In this document: in pieces, positions 52,088 through 63,867 of the stretch
How the letters are laid out: every line of letters starts with the position of its first letter
How positions within the stretch are numbered: the stretch's first letter is position 1
DNA from: Hormiphora californensis
Taxonomy: Eukaryota > Animalia > Ctenophora
DNA: 64,000 nucleotides
Direction of reading: 5' to 3'
NCBI GenBank assembly: GCA_020137815.1
Contig: CM035350.1
Span: 2,914,001-2,978,000 of the forward strand
Program-made: the position numbers and the translations under genes
The notes under the pieces: model-generated
The model's database searches: none
Told to the model about the DNA's origin: nothing
What the model saw: the letters and a program-made list of their open reading frames with translations, nothing else

Positions 52088-54406
52088 ATGACAGAGCCAC
52101 CCTCGAAACGGCAGTGTCGGCGTATCGACAAAGCTTGTCGGGAGCTTGAAAATCTGCTTAGTAATAAGAATGAGTCTCGAAACTACTCGGCAATTACCAG
52201 CGTCTTACAGTTTGTCCTTAAAGACTATTGTGGCTCATTAGATGTGCTAAAGATACTTTATCAATCAGAATTCAAGGATGCATTTCTTATTCTGATTGCC
52301 GACAAGAACCTCCCCCATACACTCGCCAACACTGTCCTCTCGGTTCTTCATAACAGTTCCTATCACGAGGAATTATTTGCGGACCTCGTTCGCTCTGACA
52401 TTTTCAAGACTGTCATCAGTAACTTTTTACCCGTCCCAGAGTGCTATTACAGATCGTTGAGATTCCTCCACAAGGTGTGGCCGACCCACAACATTTCCAT
52501 GCGACTCACAGACCTCAATCCTATCATTTCATATCTAGAAAATCGCTTACCGTCCGAATCGGACCAACCATCTTACTCAGGAAAAACTGATATCCAGATC
52601 TATGCACAACTAGTCAGTTTCACGGTTTCAGTTTGCTCAAACGTGTCCCCTAGCCGATTCAACGCAGATACCCTCGTAGATTTGGCTACCTCTGTCGCTA
52701 AACTAAACGAGAAGAGTCACTGTTTAAAAGCGATACCGATTCTTGTCCAGAACCTGACAGAACGGATTGTCATACTTGCCATGGTGAACCCGCAACGCCC
52801 CGATCTCAGACTAAAGCTCGAATCAGTCCTCCCAGATCTGATTGAACAGATATGCGTTTTGTTTCCAGAGAAACTACCTGAACTCTATACCTCTGATTCC
52901 GTTCGATTCCTTTGCTACATATCCGAGGAAAAAAGAAATAAAACCTTTGCCCATACCCTTCAGGCAGGAGAGTCCTTGAAGGATTGTAAAGCGGTGATAG
53001 ATGTTTTGAAGATGATGATGGAGACAGGCAGTTACAAGGTGCAGTTAATGACTAAAGATCTTTGCAAGGGGATTTTTCACTTTGTTTCTATTCTCCGTGA
53101 ACCTGTTCGGAAATGGGTTGATTGCTCGCACCAGGCCCTTTGTCTTTTCTTCAACCTACGCTCCGATTGCGCTTCATTTATATTCGTACAGATGGAAGGG
53201 CTTTTTGAGGCCATCACTGCTTTCCTCAGGGTCCTGCAGAACCTGGACTTCAGTTCTCCGACAGCAATAAAAGTTAACAAAATCATTAAAGTGTGCCAAA
53301 ATGTCTTATCGCTGGCTTGGACTACTCTCACCTGGAACGAACGAGTGCAGGTATTCTTGGGACTTGTCGTGGACTTGTACGAAAAATATAGGTCGAATCG
53401 CATCTCCGCTTACCTCGTTATGGTTTTTAAAGATTATCGCGGCCGCTTGTGTAAACTTTTTGCCGAATCGTACTTTTGGATCACGATGTCTCATCCATGT
53501 CGCAGACACCAAGGGCATGAGGCGCTCTTTGCTTTGGAAAACCGGCCGGAAAATGGTGATTTCTGTCACGGTCTGCTAGAAAACTACATCGGATTAGAAA
53601 AGTTATTGACCGGGCTGGAGAACTTTCAAAGAGCCTACCAGCGGAGGGCTTACTTGAAGGCACTTTCAGATTACTTTATCTGTGGGTATTCTACGAGGTT
53701 CCAACCTCACATTGATGGAGTATGCGGTGTGATACAGATCTCCGAGAAGGATCCACCGGAACTATTGCTCCGACTTCTCCTCTGTCTCGTTAGGTATTTC
53801 CAGGGAGCACTCACCTCCGGATGGGAACCCTGGAAAGGAGGAAACGAGTTTACCATTAACGAGCAAGTCCGAGTTTTGGGAGAGGAAGGGGCTAAGGGAT
53901 TCTCGATCAGCCAGCGTTATCTTTCTTCCCCAATCCTGGACAAAATGTTCGCGTCGGATTTCAAAGAGGGTCGAACACGAACTATCACTATTCCCTCAGC
54001 CCCTAAAAACGTCCTCAGAGCACTATTCTTCATTTTGGTTAGCCACGGTTTAGACGTTGAGAAGCACGCGACTATGTATGATGTTTGGGAGTGGCTGTTG
54101 CCATGGGCGACCATCTATCAGGTTGATGGAGTGTTCAAATATCTGGTGAGTATCATGAAGGGAGAGCACCAACACTCCATCCCAGATGAGTGGATGGTGG
54201 AGTTTGCAGTACGGAGCAAGCACCCTGCCTGGTTGCTATTGGTTACCCAGAGGTTCCTGGTGGTGGAAAATGTGGACCTCCACCCTCGAGAGTTGGTATT
54301 TGCCATTCACGAGCTGATGAGGGCAGCCACTGACGAGGAGAACTATCTTGTAGATGTCATTAAGTATTACCACAAGTATGGCTATTATAAAAGTCCGTTG
54401 GATTAA
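52088..54406 (+). CDS. Helical-repeat plus C-terminal BTB-like protein (ARMC5-like), paralog 2, intronless 772 aa
   Basis: Intact ORF; NLS-like PPSKRQCRR; Leu-rich helical body; SPILDKMFASDFKEGRTRTITIPS resembles the BTB S.VF..MF...F.E...I.I signature. Confidence 0.8.
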   Translation: MTEPPSKRQCRRIDKACRELENLLSNKNESRNYSAITSVLQFVLKDYCGSLDVLKILYQSEFKDAFLILIADKNLPHTLANTVLSVLHNSSYHEELFADLVRSDIFKTVISNFLPVPECYYRSLRFLHKVWPTHNISMRLTDLNPIISYLENRLPSESDQPSYSGKTDIQIYAQLVSFTVSVCSNVSPSRFNADTLVDLATSVAKLNEKSHCLKAIPILVQNLTERIVILAMVNPQRPDLRLKLESVLPDLIEQICVLFPEKLPELYTSDSVRFLCYISEEKRNKTFAHTLQAGESLKDCKAVIDVLKMMMETGSYKVQLMTKDLCKGIFHFVSILREPVRKWVDCSHQALCLFFNLRSDCASFIFVQMEGLFEAITAFLRVLQNLDFSSPTAIKVNKIIKVCQNVLSLAWTTLTWNERVQVFLGLVVDLYEKYRSNRISAYLVMVFKDYRGRLCKLFAESYFWITMSHPCRRHQGHEALFALENRPENGDFCHGLLENYIGLEKLLTGLENFQRAYQRRAYLKALSDYFICGYSTRFQPHIDGVCGVIQISEKDPPELLLRLLLCLVRYFQGALTSGWEPWKGGNEFTINEQVRVLGEEGAKGFSISQRYLSSPILDKMFASDFKEGRTRTITIPSAPKNVLRALFFILVSHGLDVEKHATMYDVWEWLLPWATIYQVDGVFKYLVSIMKGEHQHSIPDEWMVEFAVRSKHPAWLLLVTQRFLVVENVDLHPRELVFAIHELMRAATDEENYLVDVIKYYHKYGYYKSPLD

Positions 54407-54519
54407 GGGTTGGTTTTGTTGATTTTAATTTGTTTTTAAACACGGGGACCGTTTATATAGAATTCATTTAAATGTTATTTTAATTTCATACGTTTAATAA
54501 GCCTCATCGTGTTTCATTC

Positions 54520-54745
54520 CCCCAACTCCACCGCCGTGCCCCCAACTCTTAGTATTTCCCCCTACTCCTACCCCACCGCCGTGCCCCCAACTCTTAGTAT
54601 TTCCCCCTACTCCTGCCCCAACGCCGTGCCCCCAATTCTTAGTATTTCCCCCTACTCCTACCCCACCGCCGTGCCCCCAACTCTTAGTTTTCCCCCTACT
54701 CCTACCCCACCGCCGTGCCCCCAACTCTTAGTATTTCCCCCTAAC
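54520..54745. repeat. 45-bp minisatellite, ~5 copies, directly upstream of the XRN2 5' acceptor
   Basis: Unit ccgccgtgcccccaactcttagtatttccccctactcctacccca. Confidence 0.92.
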
Positions 54746-54798
54746 AACAACTTCCCTTCCCACAGTAGTAGTGTTATAAAGATACCTGGTACTTCGCT

Positions 54799-57700
54799 AT
54801 GGGAGTTCCAGCCTTCTTCCGATGGCTCTCCCGCAAGTACAAAAGTTTGATTGTCTACGCCCACGAGGAGAAACCTAAGGAGGTCAACGGGGTAAAGATC
54901 CCAATCAATACCTCCCTGCCGAACCCAAACAACATGGAGTTCGATAACCTCTACCTGGATATGAACGGTATCATCCACCCGTGTTGCCACCCCGAGGACA
55001 GACCTGCCCCGAGGAACGAGGACGAGATGATGGTGTGTATCTTTGACATGCTGGATAAACTGTTCAACATTGTCCGACCCCGGAAAGTGATCTACATGGC
55101 GATTGATGGCGTTGCACCTCGAGCCAAGATGAATCAACAGAGGAGCAGGAGGTTCAGGGCGAGGAAGGAGGCAGCCGAGAAGGAGGAGATGTTATCCGAG
55201 ATGAGAAGTCGGTTAACCGCCCAGGGATGTGTCCTCCCACCGGTCAAGGAGAAGGGTGCGAGGTTTGATAGTAATTGTATCACACCAGGTACCGAGTTCA
55301 TGTTCAGGCTAGCCGAGTGTCTCCGGTATTATTGCATTGACCGGCTGAATAACGATCCAGGATGGGCCAATATCCAGGTTTACCTGTCGGATAGTAACGT
55401 TCCTGGGGAGGGAGAGCACAAGATAATGGACTTTATCCGGCGGCAGCGACAAGACCCCAACTACGAGCCCAATACCCATCATTGTCTGTGTGGAGCTGAT
55501 GCGGATCTGATAATGTTGGGTTTGGCAACACACGAGCCTCACTTCACCATCATCAGAGAGGAATTTAAACCCGGTCCACCTCCCTCAAAACCGTGCGAGT
55601 TGTGCGGACAGGAGGGTCACGATTTGGAGATGTGCAGGGGGTTAGCCTCCGATGAGGCTGTTGTGGAGGGGGTGGGGAAGAAGGTGGCCGTGGAGCAGAA
55701 GTACATCTTTGTGAGGCTGTGCGCCCTCCGAGAGTACCTGGAGGACGAGTTAGCTCCCCTTAAGAACATCCTCCACGGAAACTACGATTTGGAGAGAGCT
55801 ATTGATGATTGGGTGTTCCTTTGTTTCTTTGTAGGCAACGATTTCCTGGCCCATCTCCCGTCTCTAGAGATCAGGGAGGGTGCCATTGATAGGCTGGTGA
55901 GGTTGTACAAAGATACGGTGAACAAGACACGAGGTTACCTCTGTAAGGATGGATTTCCAGATCTCAAGAAGGTACATGTTGTTTACTGTTCTAACTCTCT
56001 GAGCAAGGAATCCCTTCATTCCTTGGCATGCAAGCCCAGACTCTCTGCAGTAGTAGTAATGTATACTTGATCCTAGATCTGTCCATCGAATAATGTTCCT
56101 TTCTTTTCCCCAGGTTCAAATCATAATGACAGAACTAGGGAAGGACGAGGATCAGATATTCAAGGACCGATACGAGAAGGAGCAGGATTTCAAAAGGAGA
56201 GATCGAGAAAAGAAGAAGCGAATGAAGAAGAGTGAGACGCCTCACTGGACACCTAACCGTCCCAAAACAGCAGTAAACGGTGCTGTGTCAGGTCTATACC
56301 AGCAGTTCAGTGAGCCAGTGGCGCTGGATGGGAACCAGAAGGCAGCTTGGGACAAACAGAAGAAGTTAGATGCCCCTCCTGGCACCACGGCCCCTGCTGG
56401 AGATTCTGCTGTGGCCGCTTACATCTCTCAGGTAACTGTGAATAGGGTTGCCATGTTGGTTACGAAGTCACCCCTGTTATTATATTGCATGAGCTATTAT
56501 AGTGCAGAGGGGTCGTAATTTCATTACCAATAATAACAAGTTGCCATACCGGTCGCGGGTCGTGGACATACATACTATAAATTATTACAGTCGGACCCCG
56601 ATTTAGTGGCCCCCGATTTAGTGGCACCCCGATTTAGTGGCAGGATTTTGTTCCCCCGATATAGGAAATTAACATTATTTGACCCCGATTTAGTGGCACC
56701 CCGATTTAGTGGCACCCCGATTTAGTGGCAGGATTTTTTTCCCGGGAGGATGCCACTAAATCGGGGTCCGACTGTATGTAATATATCAAAAAGTTCTAAT
56801 ACGCAATACCGCCCCCCCCCCCCTCAAATCCTTACCGCCGCTTCCCCTCTACAGGCCCGACAGGACACCCCTGCTATGAAGAGGGCTGCACCTGGTGACG
56901 ATGAGGAGGAAGAAGAGAAAGATAACGATGAGGTGCGACTACACGAGGATGGGTGGAGGGACAGGTACTACCTTCAAAAGTTCAAGGTATCACCTGAGGA
57001 TGGGACCTTTGTTCAGAAAGTTGTCGCTGCATATGTCACCGGTCTCTGCTGGGTTCTCAGGTAATACACAGAAGTTGGGTATGATACTATGATATCTCCC
57101 CCCTTCTTCTATCCTCCTGCACTGTCTCTCTCATGTTATCCTTCCCATAAAGAGAGGGGACACTGTACCCAACCACAGAAGGGGGCACAGAGTGTCTGTT
57201 TGTTGTCCTGTCCCCAAATGATAATTTGAGTTTATTGTGAAGTTTCTAACAGTCACCCACAACAATTTATAACAGCTATAGTCACCACTGTGTCTTCTAA
57301 CTTCAGTAATATTTCCAGGTACTACTACCAGGGATGTGCGAGTTGGAACTGGTACTTCCCCTTCCATTATGCTCCTTTTGCCTCGGATTTCAGGAACATT
57401 GCTCAACTGTTCAAAGACTTCCCTCTCGACACCAAACCATTCAACCCAATGGAGCAGCTGATGGGTGTCTTCCCTGCAGGTTGGTAGTAATGTGTGCAGA
57501 TGATGCATGTAGTATTAGTAGTAATGTGCAGTGATCGAGGGAGGGGGGATGGTGAACACTTGATGTAGGGCGGTGTATAATAGTTCCTAGCACTATCTCT
57601 AATCTCTATCTTATTTTCCTAAATCACTATCTCATTCCTAACTCCCCCTCTTTCTCTCGCCAGGAAGCAAGTCGTTCCTCCCAGACGCGTGGGCCGAGCT

Positions 57701-58484
57701 GATGTACCAGCCGGATTCACCCATCATTGACTTCTACCCCTCCAACTTCAAGATTGATCTAAACGGAAAGAAGTACGCTTGGCAGGGTGTGGCTCTCCTC
57801 CCATTCGTTGATGAACAGAGACTCCTCGCTGGTCTCAGTTCTGTCTATGATACACTTGACGAGAGGGAGATGCTGAGAAACAAACCTGGTGAAGACAGGA
57901 TATTTATATCCGCCAAACACCCTTGGTATGAGTCTTTCGTGGCGCTCTACGAGCAACCTGACAATAAAGAGTACATACAGCTGGACCCAACTAAAGGAAG
58001 GGGTACTACGGGCAACATTCGACCTGATGATGAGGCCATAGCACCCAAATCGATGGTCCCCTCACCCTCGCCCTCCCTTCCAGCATTTGAGAACACAGGC
58101 GCTGTGTCAGCAGGATATTTGAATCCCCAGTTTCCTAAAGGTTTCATATTCCCCGCCAAACTGCTACCCAACGTTGAGATGCCCCAGAAGACGGTGAAAC
58201 CTAAAAACTGGAGTGACAACCGACCGGGAGCGTACCGTCCCTATACCGGGTTCCAGAGGGCTCGTCCCATGCAGGGCCCAAACACCGTGGGAAACAGGAT
58301 GTTGGGTCACATGGTGAGGGGTATGGAACACAGACACCGCGGACCTCATCACCACCAACAACAACGATATCCGCCACCCTACCAGCATAGAGGGAATCAC
58401 AGTGGCGGTCACCATGGTGGGGGACATCGGGGTGATAGGTCAAATAGGGGGTCAAATCAACATTACAACCCGTATAGACGATAA
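54799..58484 (+). CDS. XRN2: 5'-3' exoribonuclease 2 (Rat1/XRN2), 5 exons
   Basis: MGVPAFFRWL, DNLYLDMNGIIHPCCHP, DGVAPRAKMNQQRSRRF, CELCGQEGH knuckle, YYYQGCASWNWYFPFHYAPFASDF, DLNGKKYAWQG. Exons 54799-55971, 56114-56431, 56855-57060, 57319-57479, 57664-58484. Confidence 0.97.
56588..56774. mobile_element. Tc1/mariner/pogo-like MITE in XRN2 intron 2
   Basis: TA|cagtcggaccccgatttagtggc ... gccactaaatcggggtccgactg|TA, with internal ccccgatttagtggc repeats; a related end lies at ~22425-22446. Confidence 0.85.
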
Positions 58485-59718
58485 GAGGAGAGGGACTTGA
58501 ATCGTTGGGGACGATAATGAAGAGTGAGTGAGAAAGAGAGCGAGAATTGATATTGAAGGATATTTTCTTAACTATGCCAGACAGAAAATAAGCGAATAAT
58601 GGTGTGGTTCGGGCTGGTTTAATTTATGTTTTACCTAATGTTATCTCTTATTCTGATGAAAATGTTTTACTAACACCTTTACCGCCAAACATGACTGTGT
58701 CTCATTTATTTGCCACAGAACGGAGGGAGACATCGGTGGAACGCGCGAGATACTTCTTGTGTAAAAAGTAAACCTTTCCGCGCGACAGCATTAGCGAGTG
58801 GGTGGCGCGCACTCACTATTTGTCCATTTGATGCACGATTGCTTTCGTTACGTGAGCTCTTTCCGTTCTGTTCCTCAGTTTGGAAATCCCCTACCGTGTT
58901 CCACATTTTTGTGTCACTAGCTGGCAGCGGACTGCAACTCGAGGGGACTAAGCAGTTGAACCTCAAGTGAGACGTGAGTCCTGAGTTCTTCTTGAGCCTT
59001 GACTGAGCTTGTTTCAAGTTCAAACCTTGCCTTGTTCCACCCTCTCCCCGCGTTTGAACAAAACAATTCGACCCTTTTAACCCTAGGAGCGGTAAGATAG
59101 GGTCGAGCAATGCAAGATGGGGTTGCATTCTTAGCTATCAACTCGTATTTTGAGTAGTTGCTATTATCTCTGTATCCATCAGGGGATGGGCGAAATATTG
59201 TGTCGTAACTATAGTTATATGATACCCTGCATGCCAGTATTTGCTTCCCTATGAGCTGTGCTGCTGTGCCCTCAACTAGGAAAATAAAGTTGTGATAGGC
59301 CTTGCCACTTTTCGCCCAAGGCATTCTATTGTATGCTCACTTGGTGTCATTGACCATTGTGTTTAAAAACTCAATAGGCTGTTCCGTGTGTGTACTGTGT
59401 AGTGTTGGTACTAGACACAATGACCAATGGCCAATGGAGAACCTGTGATCATATATAACTTGGTTGCTTATTATAGTCCCTTGCCTTGCTCGGCCCTCTC
59501 TCTCTCTCGACCCCACATAACAAGGTATCCTGTATGTGCCAAACTGCTAAATGGCCTGTTGAAGTACGTGAGCAAGATAACTGGTTAGCACTGTGTAATG
59601 TGAACCAAAACAAACAATCACTAAACCAGCGAGTATGTGCTACTGCTACTCTCTTATATCTCGTGCATTGTTGTTAATGTTTGTCCTACTGTTGTAGTGG
59701 GGGAGCTCAATATCAGCA

Positions 59719-59815
59719 ATGGCAGGCGACCATCCCTGCCTTGTTCAGGCGGGCATCTTCTTTGGATTTATCACCTTTATAATGTACCTAGGATATACAA
59801 AACCTCACCTAAAGG
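59719..59815 (+). CDS. Signal-anchor cassette exon A
   Basis: MAGDHPCLVQAGIFFGFITFIMYLGYTKPHLK-G|gtacgt. Confidence 0.6.
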
Positions 59816-60046
59816 GTACGTTCACCAAAATAAAACTCATCATACATGACAAGGCCATGTATCCTGATATGTCAGTATGTGCCAAACTGTTAAAATCATG
59901 GCCTGTTAAAGTACGTGAGCAAGATATCTAATAGATATTATCTATTAACTGGTTAGCACTCTGTAATGTGAACCAAAAACAAACAATTAAATCACTAAAC
60001 AAGCGAGTATGTTTCTCTCTCTCTCTCTCTTTCTCTCTATCTCTCT

Positions 60047-60139
<93 letters not shown>

Positions 60140-60147
60140 TCTCTCTC

Positions 60148-60178
<31 letters not shown>

Positions 60179-60281
60179 CCCTCTCTCAATCTTTATCTCT
60201 CTCTTTTTCTCAATCACACGTTCATTGTTGTAAATGTGTGCCCTACTGCAGCAGTTGTAGTTGAGGAGCTCAATATCAGCA

Positions 60282-60378
60282 ATGGCGGGTGACCCACCCC
60301 GTCTAGTCCAGGCGGCCTTCTTCTTTGGATTTCTCGCCCTTATAATGTACCTAGGATATACAAAACCTCATCTTAAGG
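60282..60378 (+). CDS. Signal-anchor cassette exon B
   Basis: MAGDPPRLVQAAFFFGFLALIMYLGYTKPHLK-G|gtacgt. Confidence 0.65.
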
Positions 60379-60832
60379 GTACGTTCACCAAAATAAAACT
60401 CGCGGGTATAAAGCTCACTTTTTCAGCTAGATCAGGCTGAACATGACATCAACATATTGTGTTTATTACCTGTACTCTACGTCTGTGCACGCTACGTCTG
60501 TGCACGCTACGTCTGTGCACGCTACGTCTGTGCACGCTACGTCTGTGCACGCTACGTCTGTGCCGTCACGGTAATGCCATTACAGTATCTCCACTACTTG
60601 AGCACCACTGTTATGTCTAACCCTCCTGTACTGAGATAGTTGATCAAGGGAAGGGTATTATAGCAGTCTGCAGTATGTAGTAGCTAACACCATTCCTCCC
60701 GCTTTAGGCTGAATGGCCAGAGGTTTAAGGTGAAGTGCTGAGTACTCTCTAGCTGTCAATAAACATCACAGCTAATAGCATGATTTGCCATACTTTCTAA
60801 AACATCTGTGATTTACCAAAACTTGATGGAAA

Positions 60833-60932
60833 ATGGGGTGCCCCCCGCCCCAATTGATGTTTACAATGGCCGTCTTTGCTGGTGTCCTTATCCCTGTAAT
60901 GTACTATACTTTCACTAAACCTTACATGCAGG
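60833..60932 (+). CDS. Signal-anchor cassette exon C
   Basis: MGCPPPQLMFTMAVFAGVLIPVMYYTFTKPYMQ-G|gtacgt. Confidence 0.65.
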
Positions 60933-61056
60933 GTACGTTATAGCTCTTCCAAGTTTAGTACTTTAGTTGTAAAATTCCAAAATTTAGCTGCCAATGCCAT
61001 ACGTATCGTTTGACATATAAAAGGTGTGATACGAGACTTCACTTGCTTTACACAGG

Positions 61057-61287
61057 GGATTACAGGGCCCCGGTTGAGACGCCCATACCCGGGCCCCGTA
61101 TATCTGGTTTGTGCATTGTAATTGTGTACTTTTGTGCGTGGCTGTCAGAGCATTGGCCTGACCCTATTCTCATTTCTCTCAACTGTGGTCAGAGCATTGG
61201 CCTGACAGGCGCGTGGCATGCACGTGTGTGTGGGGCCCGGGTATGGGCGTCTGGTATGGGCGTCTCATCCAGGGTCCCCCGTAATCC
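61057..61287. mobile_element. Small GC-rich inverted-repeat element
   Basis: ggattac...gagacgcccatacccgggcccc is mirrored by ggggcccgggtatgggcgtct...gtaatcc. Confidence 0.6.
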
Positions 61288-61566
61288 GCTGCCTTACGCT
61301 GCCACTTGTAGTGGCATTACCGTAATGGAATTACAGTAATGAGACGCAGACTTTGCATATCGCGCATTTGTCAGCACGTACTAGCGCACTGATTGGCCAC
61401 GATTTGGCGTCTTCTTACCGTATCTCCGTTTTCCATTACCGTTTTCCACTACAAGCGACCGGGTTAGCATCTGGCTACATGCTACTCCATGCTCAGTGAG
61501 CATTGCTCAGTGAGCATTGCTCAGTGAGCATTGCTCACTTCGTAGTCTGTGTGGCTAGTTTTCATG

Positions 61567-61807
61567 ATAAAGTCGGATTTTTTGAAGTTGTCACCCCCCT
61601 TTTCACGCGCGGCGTCGTATTTGCGCGTGACAGCCGCATATCATCGGAAAGAGCATAATTTTGTGAGTCCGTAAACGTTTTGTTTGACGAAATTGGTCAA
61701 GAAACAAAGGCGTGAGAGCCAAAACAAGCTTCCGACACGTTTCCGACGCGCAAATAAAAACTCGCACGCCACCCAGGGGGTGACAACTTCAAAAAATCCG
61801 ACTTTAT
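61567..61807. mobile_element. MITE with ~33-bp TIRs; garbled second copy at ~19173-19443
   Basis: ataaagtcggattttttgaagttgtcaccccc ... gggggtgacaacttcaaaaaatccgactttat. Confidence 0.85.
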
Positions 61808-62094
61808 ATGACTTGGTTAATTACTAGTACTATATCTACTCCCCCCTTTTCCCAGTGTTAACCAGGTACTACTAGTATAGTACTGTGTCATTGGTCTAAA
61901 CAAACAATCACAAACGTGTCACACTTGTTTCGTTGTTGGCTCTCTATAATAATCTGTCAGAGCATTGGCCTGACCCATTCTCGTTTCTCTCAAGAAGTGT
62001 GGTCAGAGCATTGGCCTGACAGATAATAATAAGCCTTGTTAAACTCTAAAACTTGGGGAATTTCTAGATTAGTGGAGGCCGGGCTGTCTATAAA

Positions 62095-62188
62095 ATGAGG
62101 AGTAAGGACATATTTGTAGTAGCAGCCTTCATCTTTGCTATCCTAACCGTTATATTGTACTATGCGGTGACTAAACCGCACTTTAACG
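62095..62188 (+). CDS. Signal-anchor cassette exon D
   Basis: MRSKDIFVVAAFIFAILTVILYYAVTKPHFN-G|gtatgt; upstream acceptor tttctag at ~62067. Confidence 0.7.
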
Positions 62189-62262
62189 GTATGTTATAAA
62201 GATCCTCTCTGTGTGCTGTGTAGTGAGTATGATCCTGATATGATTGTATTGTAGAATAATAA

Positions 62263-62465
62263 CCACCTAGTTACACTTAGTGACACCTAGTGACACCTAG
62301 TGATACCTAGTGACACCTTTTGACACCTAGTTACACTTAGTGACACCTAGTTACACCTAGTGATACCTAGTGACACCTAGTTACACCTAGTGATACCTAG
62401 TTACACTTAGTGACACCTAGTGACACCTAGTAACACGTTTAATGACACCTAGTGACACCCAGTGT
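62263..62465. repeat. 10-bp tandem repeat (tagtgacacc)n; other short arrays at 60477-60562 (15 bp) and 61490-61538 (14 bp)
   Basis: Direct reading. Confidence 0.9.
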
Positions 62466-62741
62466 AATATTAGTGGACGTGCCACCTGTCATTGTGGGTG
62501 CTACCTACCTAGGTATACCTATTCAACAACTAACAAGTCATTGGTTATGCTACGTTGGTAGAGCCCGTGGATATTTTACGATCCATTGGGGGGGACGACA
62601 TGTTAATTGTTAATAAATCACCTCTTTTTTTCGATTTTGTTAATTAACGTTAATTAACAAAATTAACAAAGTTAACAAATCAGCAAAGACTGTTCTTATT
62701 GGTTGATAATACGACTTTAACTGGTTTAATTTTATAGTTTA

Positions 62742-63867
62742 ATGACTTTTCTAACACTTGGAAAGCGCAGTTCTTTGAGTAAAATCTCTTTCGATCCAGT
62801 TATCAACTTTGGAGGAACGGAAATCTTCCCCAGTGAATGTAGTGGAGCAGATGGGAAAACCTTGGGAATACTCTTGGACCACAATCTTAATCTTGAACGA
62901 CAGGTTAACAATGTGAGGAAACAGTGTGGGCTGATACTACGGAATCTTTGGCAGTTACACAGATGTTTTGATATTCAAACGAAGATAATGTTGGTGAAAC
63001 AATTGATTATATCGAGGATTGATTACAGTAATATTCTGTACTGTGGACTTCCGGCCCGAGTTCTTGGTGGGCTCCAGAAAACACTAAACTCCTGTGTACG
63101 CTTTATATTCAACATCCATGGGCATCAAGAGGATTACTCGGAATACTTCAGGCAGTGTCATATTTTACCCATCTCCTACAGACTGGACTTCAAAGCCTGT
63201 CTAATCGCTTATAAGATAGTCTATGGAACGGCGCCAGGTTACCTCCAGGAAATGGTTCCTCTTGATAAAAGCTGGGGAGTCTCCAGGACAACAAGGATGA
63301 CTAGTGTTATTGATCCTTACAGATTAAAACACCCCAAGATGACCAGTATCAACGCCAATTCTAAATTGAGACGTAGGAGACTATCAGTATTTCTGCCTGC
63401 TATTTGGAATGAGCTACCCCTTGAGTTAAGGTCGATCCCCAACGTTGATACCTTTAAAGCTCGCCTGAAAACACATCTCTTCGTTGGTGCATTTGGAGTG
63501 GGTGATGGGGAACCCATGGCTGAGTTGTAATGTTTGTTGTAGTTGTGGGGCCTGCGGGCAATCAGTGTCATCCTCTCTCTAGTCATGTTATTAAATCACT
63601 ATCTGGTATCCTTTTTTGAGCAGGTGTGAGTATAGCGTGTTTAAAATTATATCTACAGGTTTATGGGACCAGTTATTCCCCCAGTTTGATAAGTCCAGTT
63701 AATTTGGTTTTCCATATATTGTCTTTTTCAACCAGAATTGTTCGTGTGCGATATTTTTACTCTAGGATATACCGCTCTGATGACTCGTCGGAACATCGCC
63801 AATATTTTGACATGTTTCCGTCGGGTATGGGCGGTATATAAGCGCGGAATATTATTATTATTATTAC
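62742..63867 (+). mobile_element. 5'-truncated L2/Crack-like LINE (ORF2 C-terminus 62742-63530, 3' UTR, (ATT)n tail)
   Basis: TLGILLDHNL, LIISRIDYSNILYCGLP, HILPI..RLDFK, APGYL, WNELP, FKARLKTHLF; attattattattatta at ~63851-63866. Confidence 0.88.
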
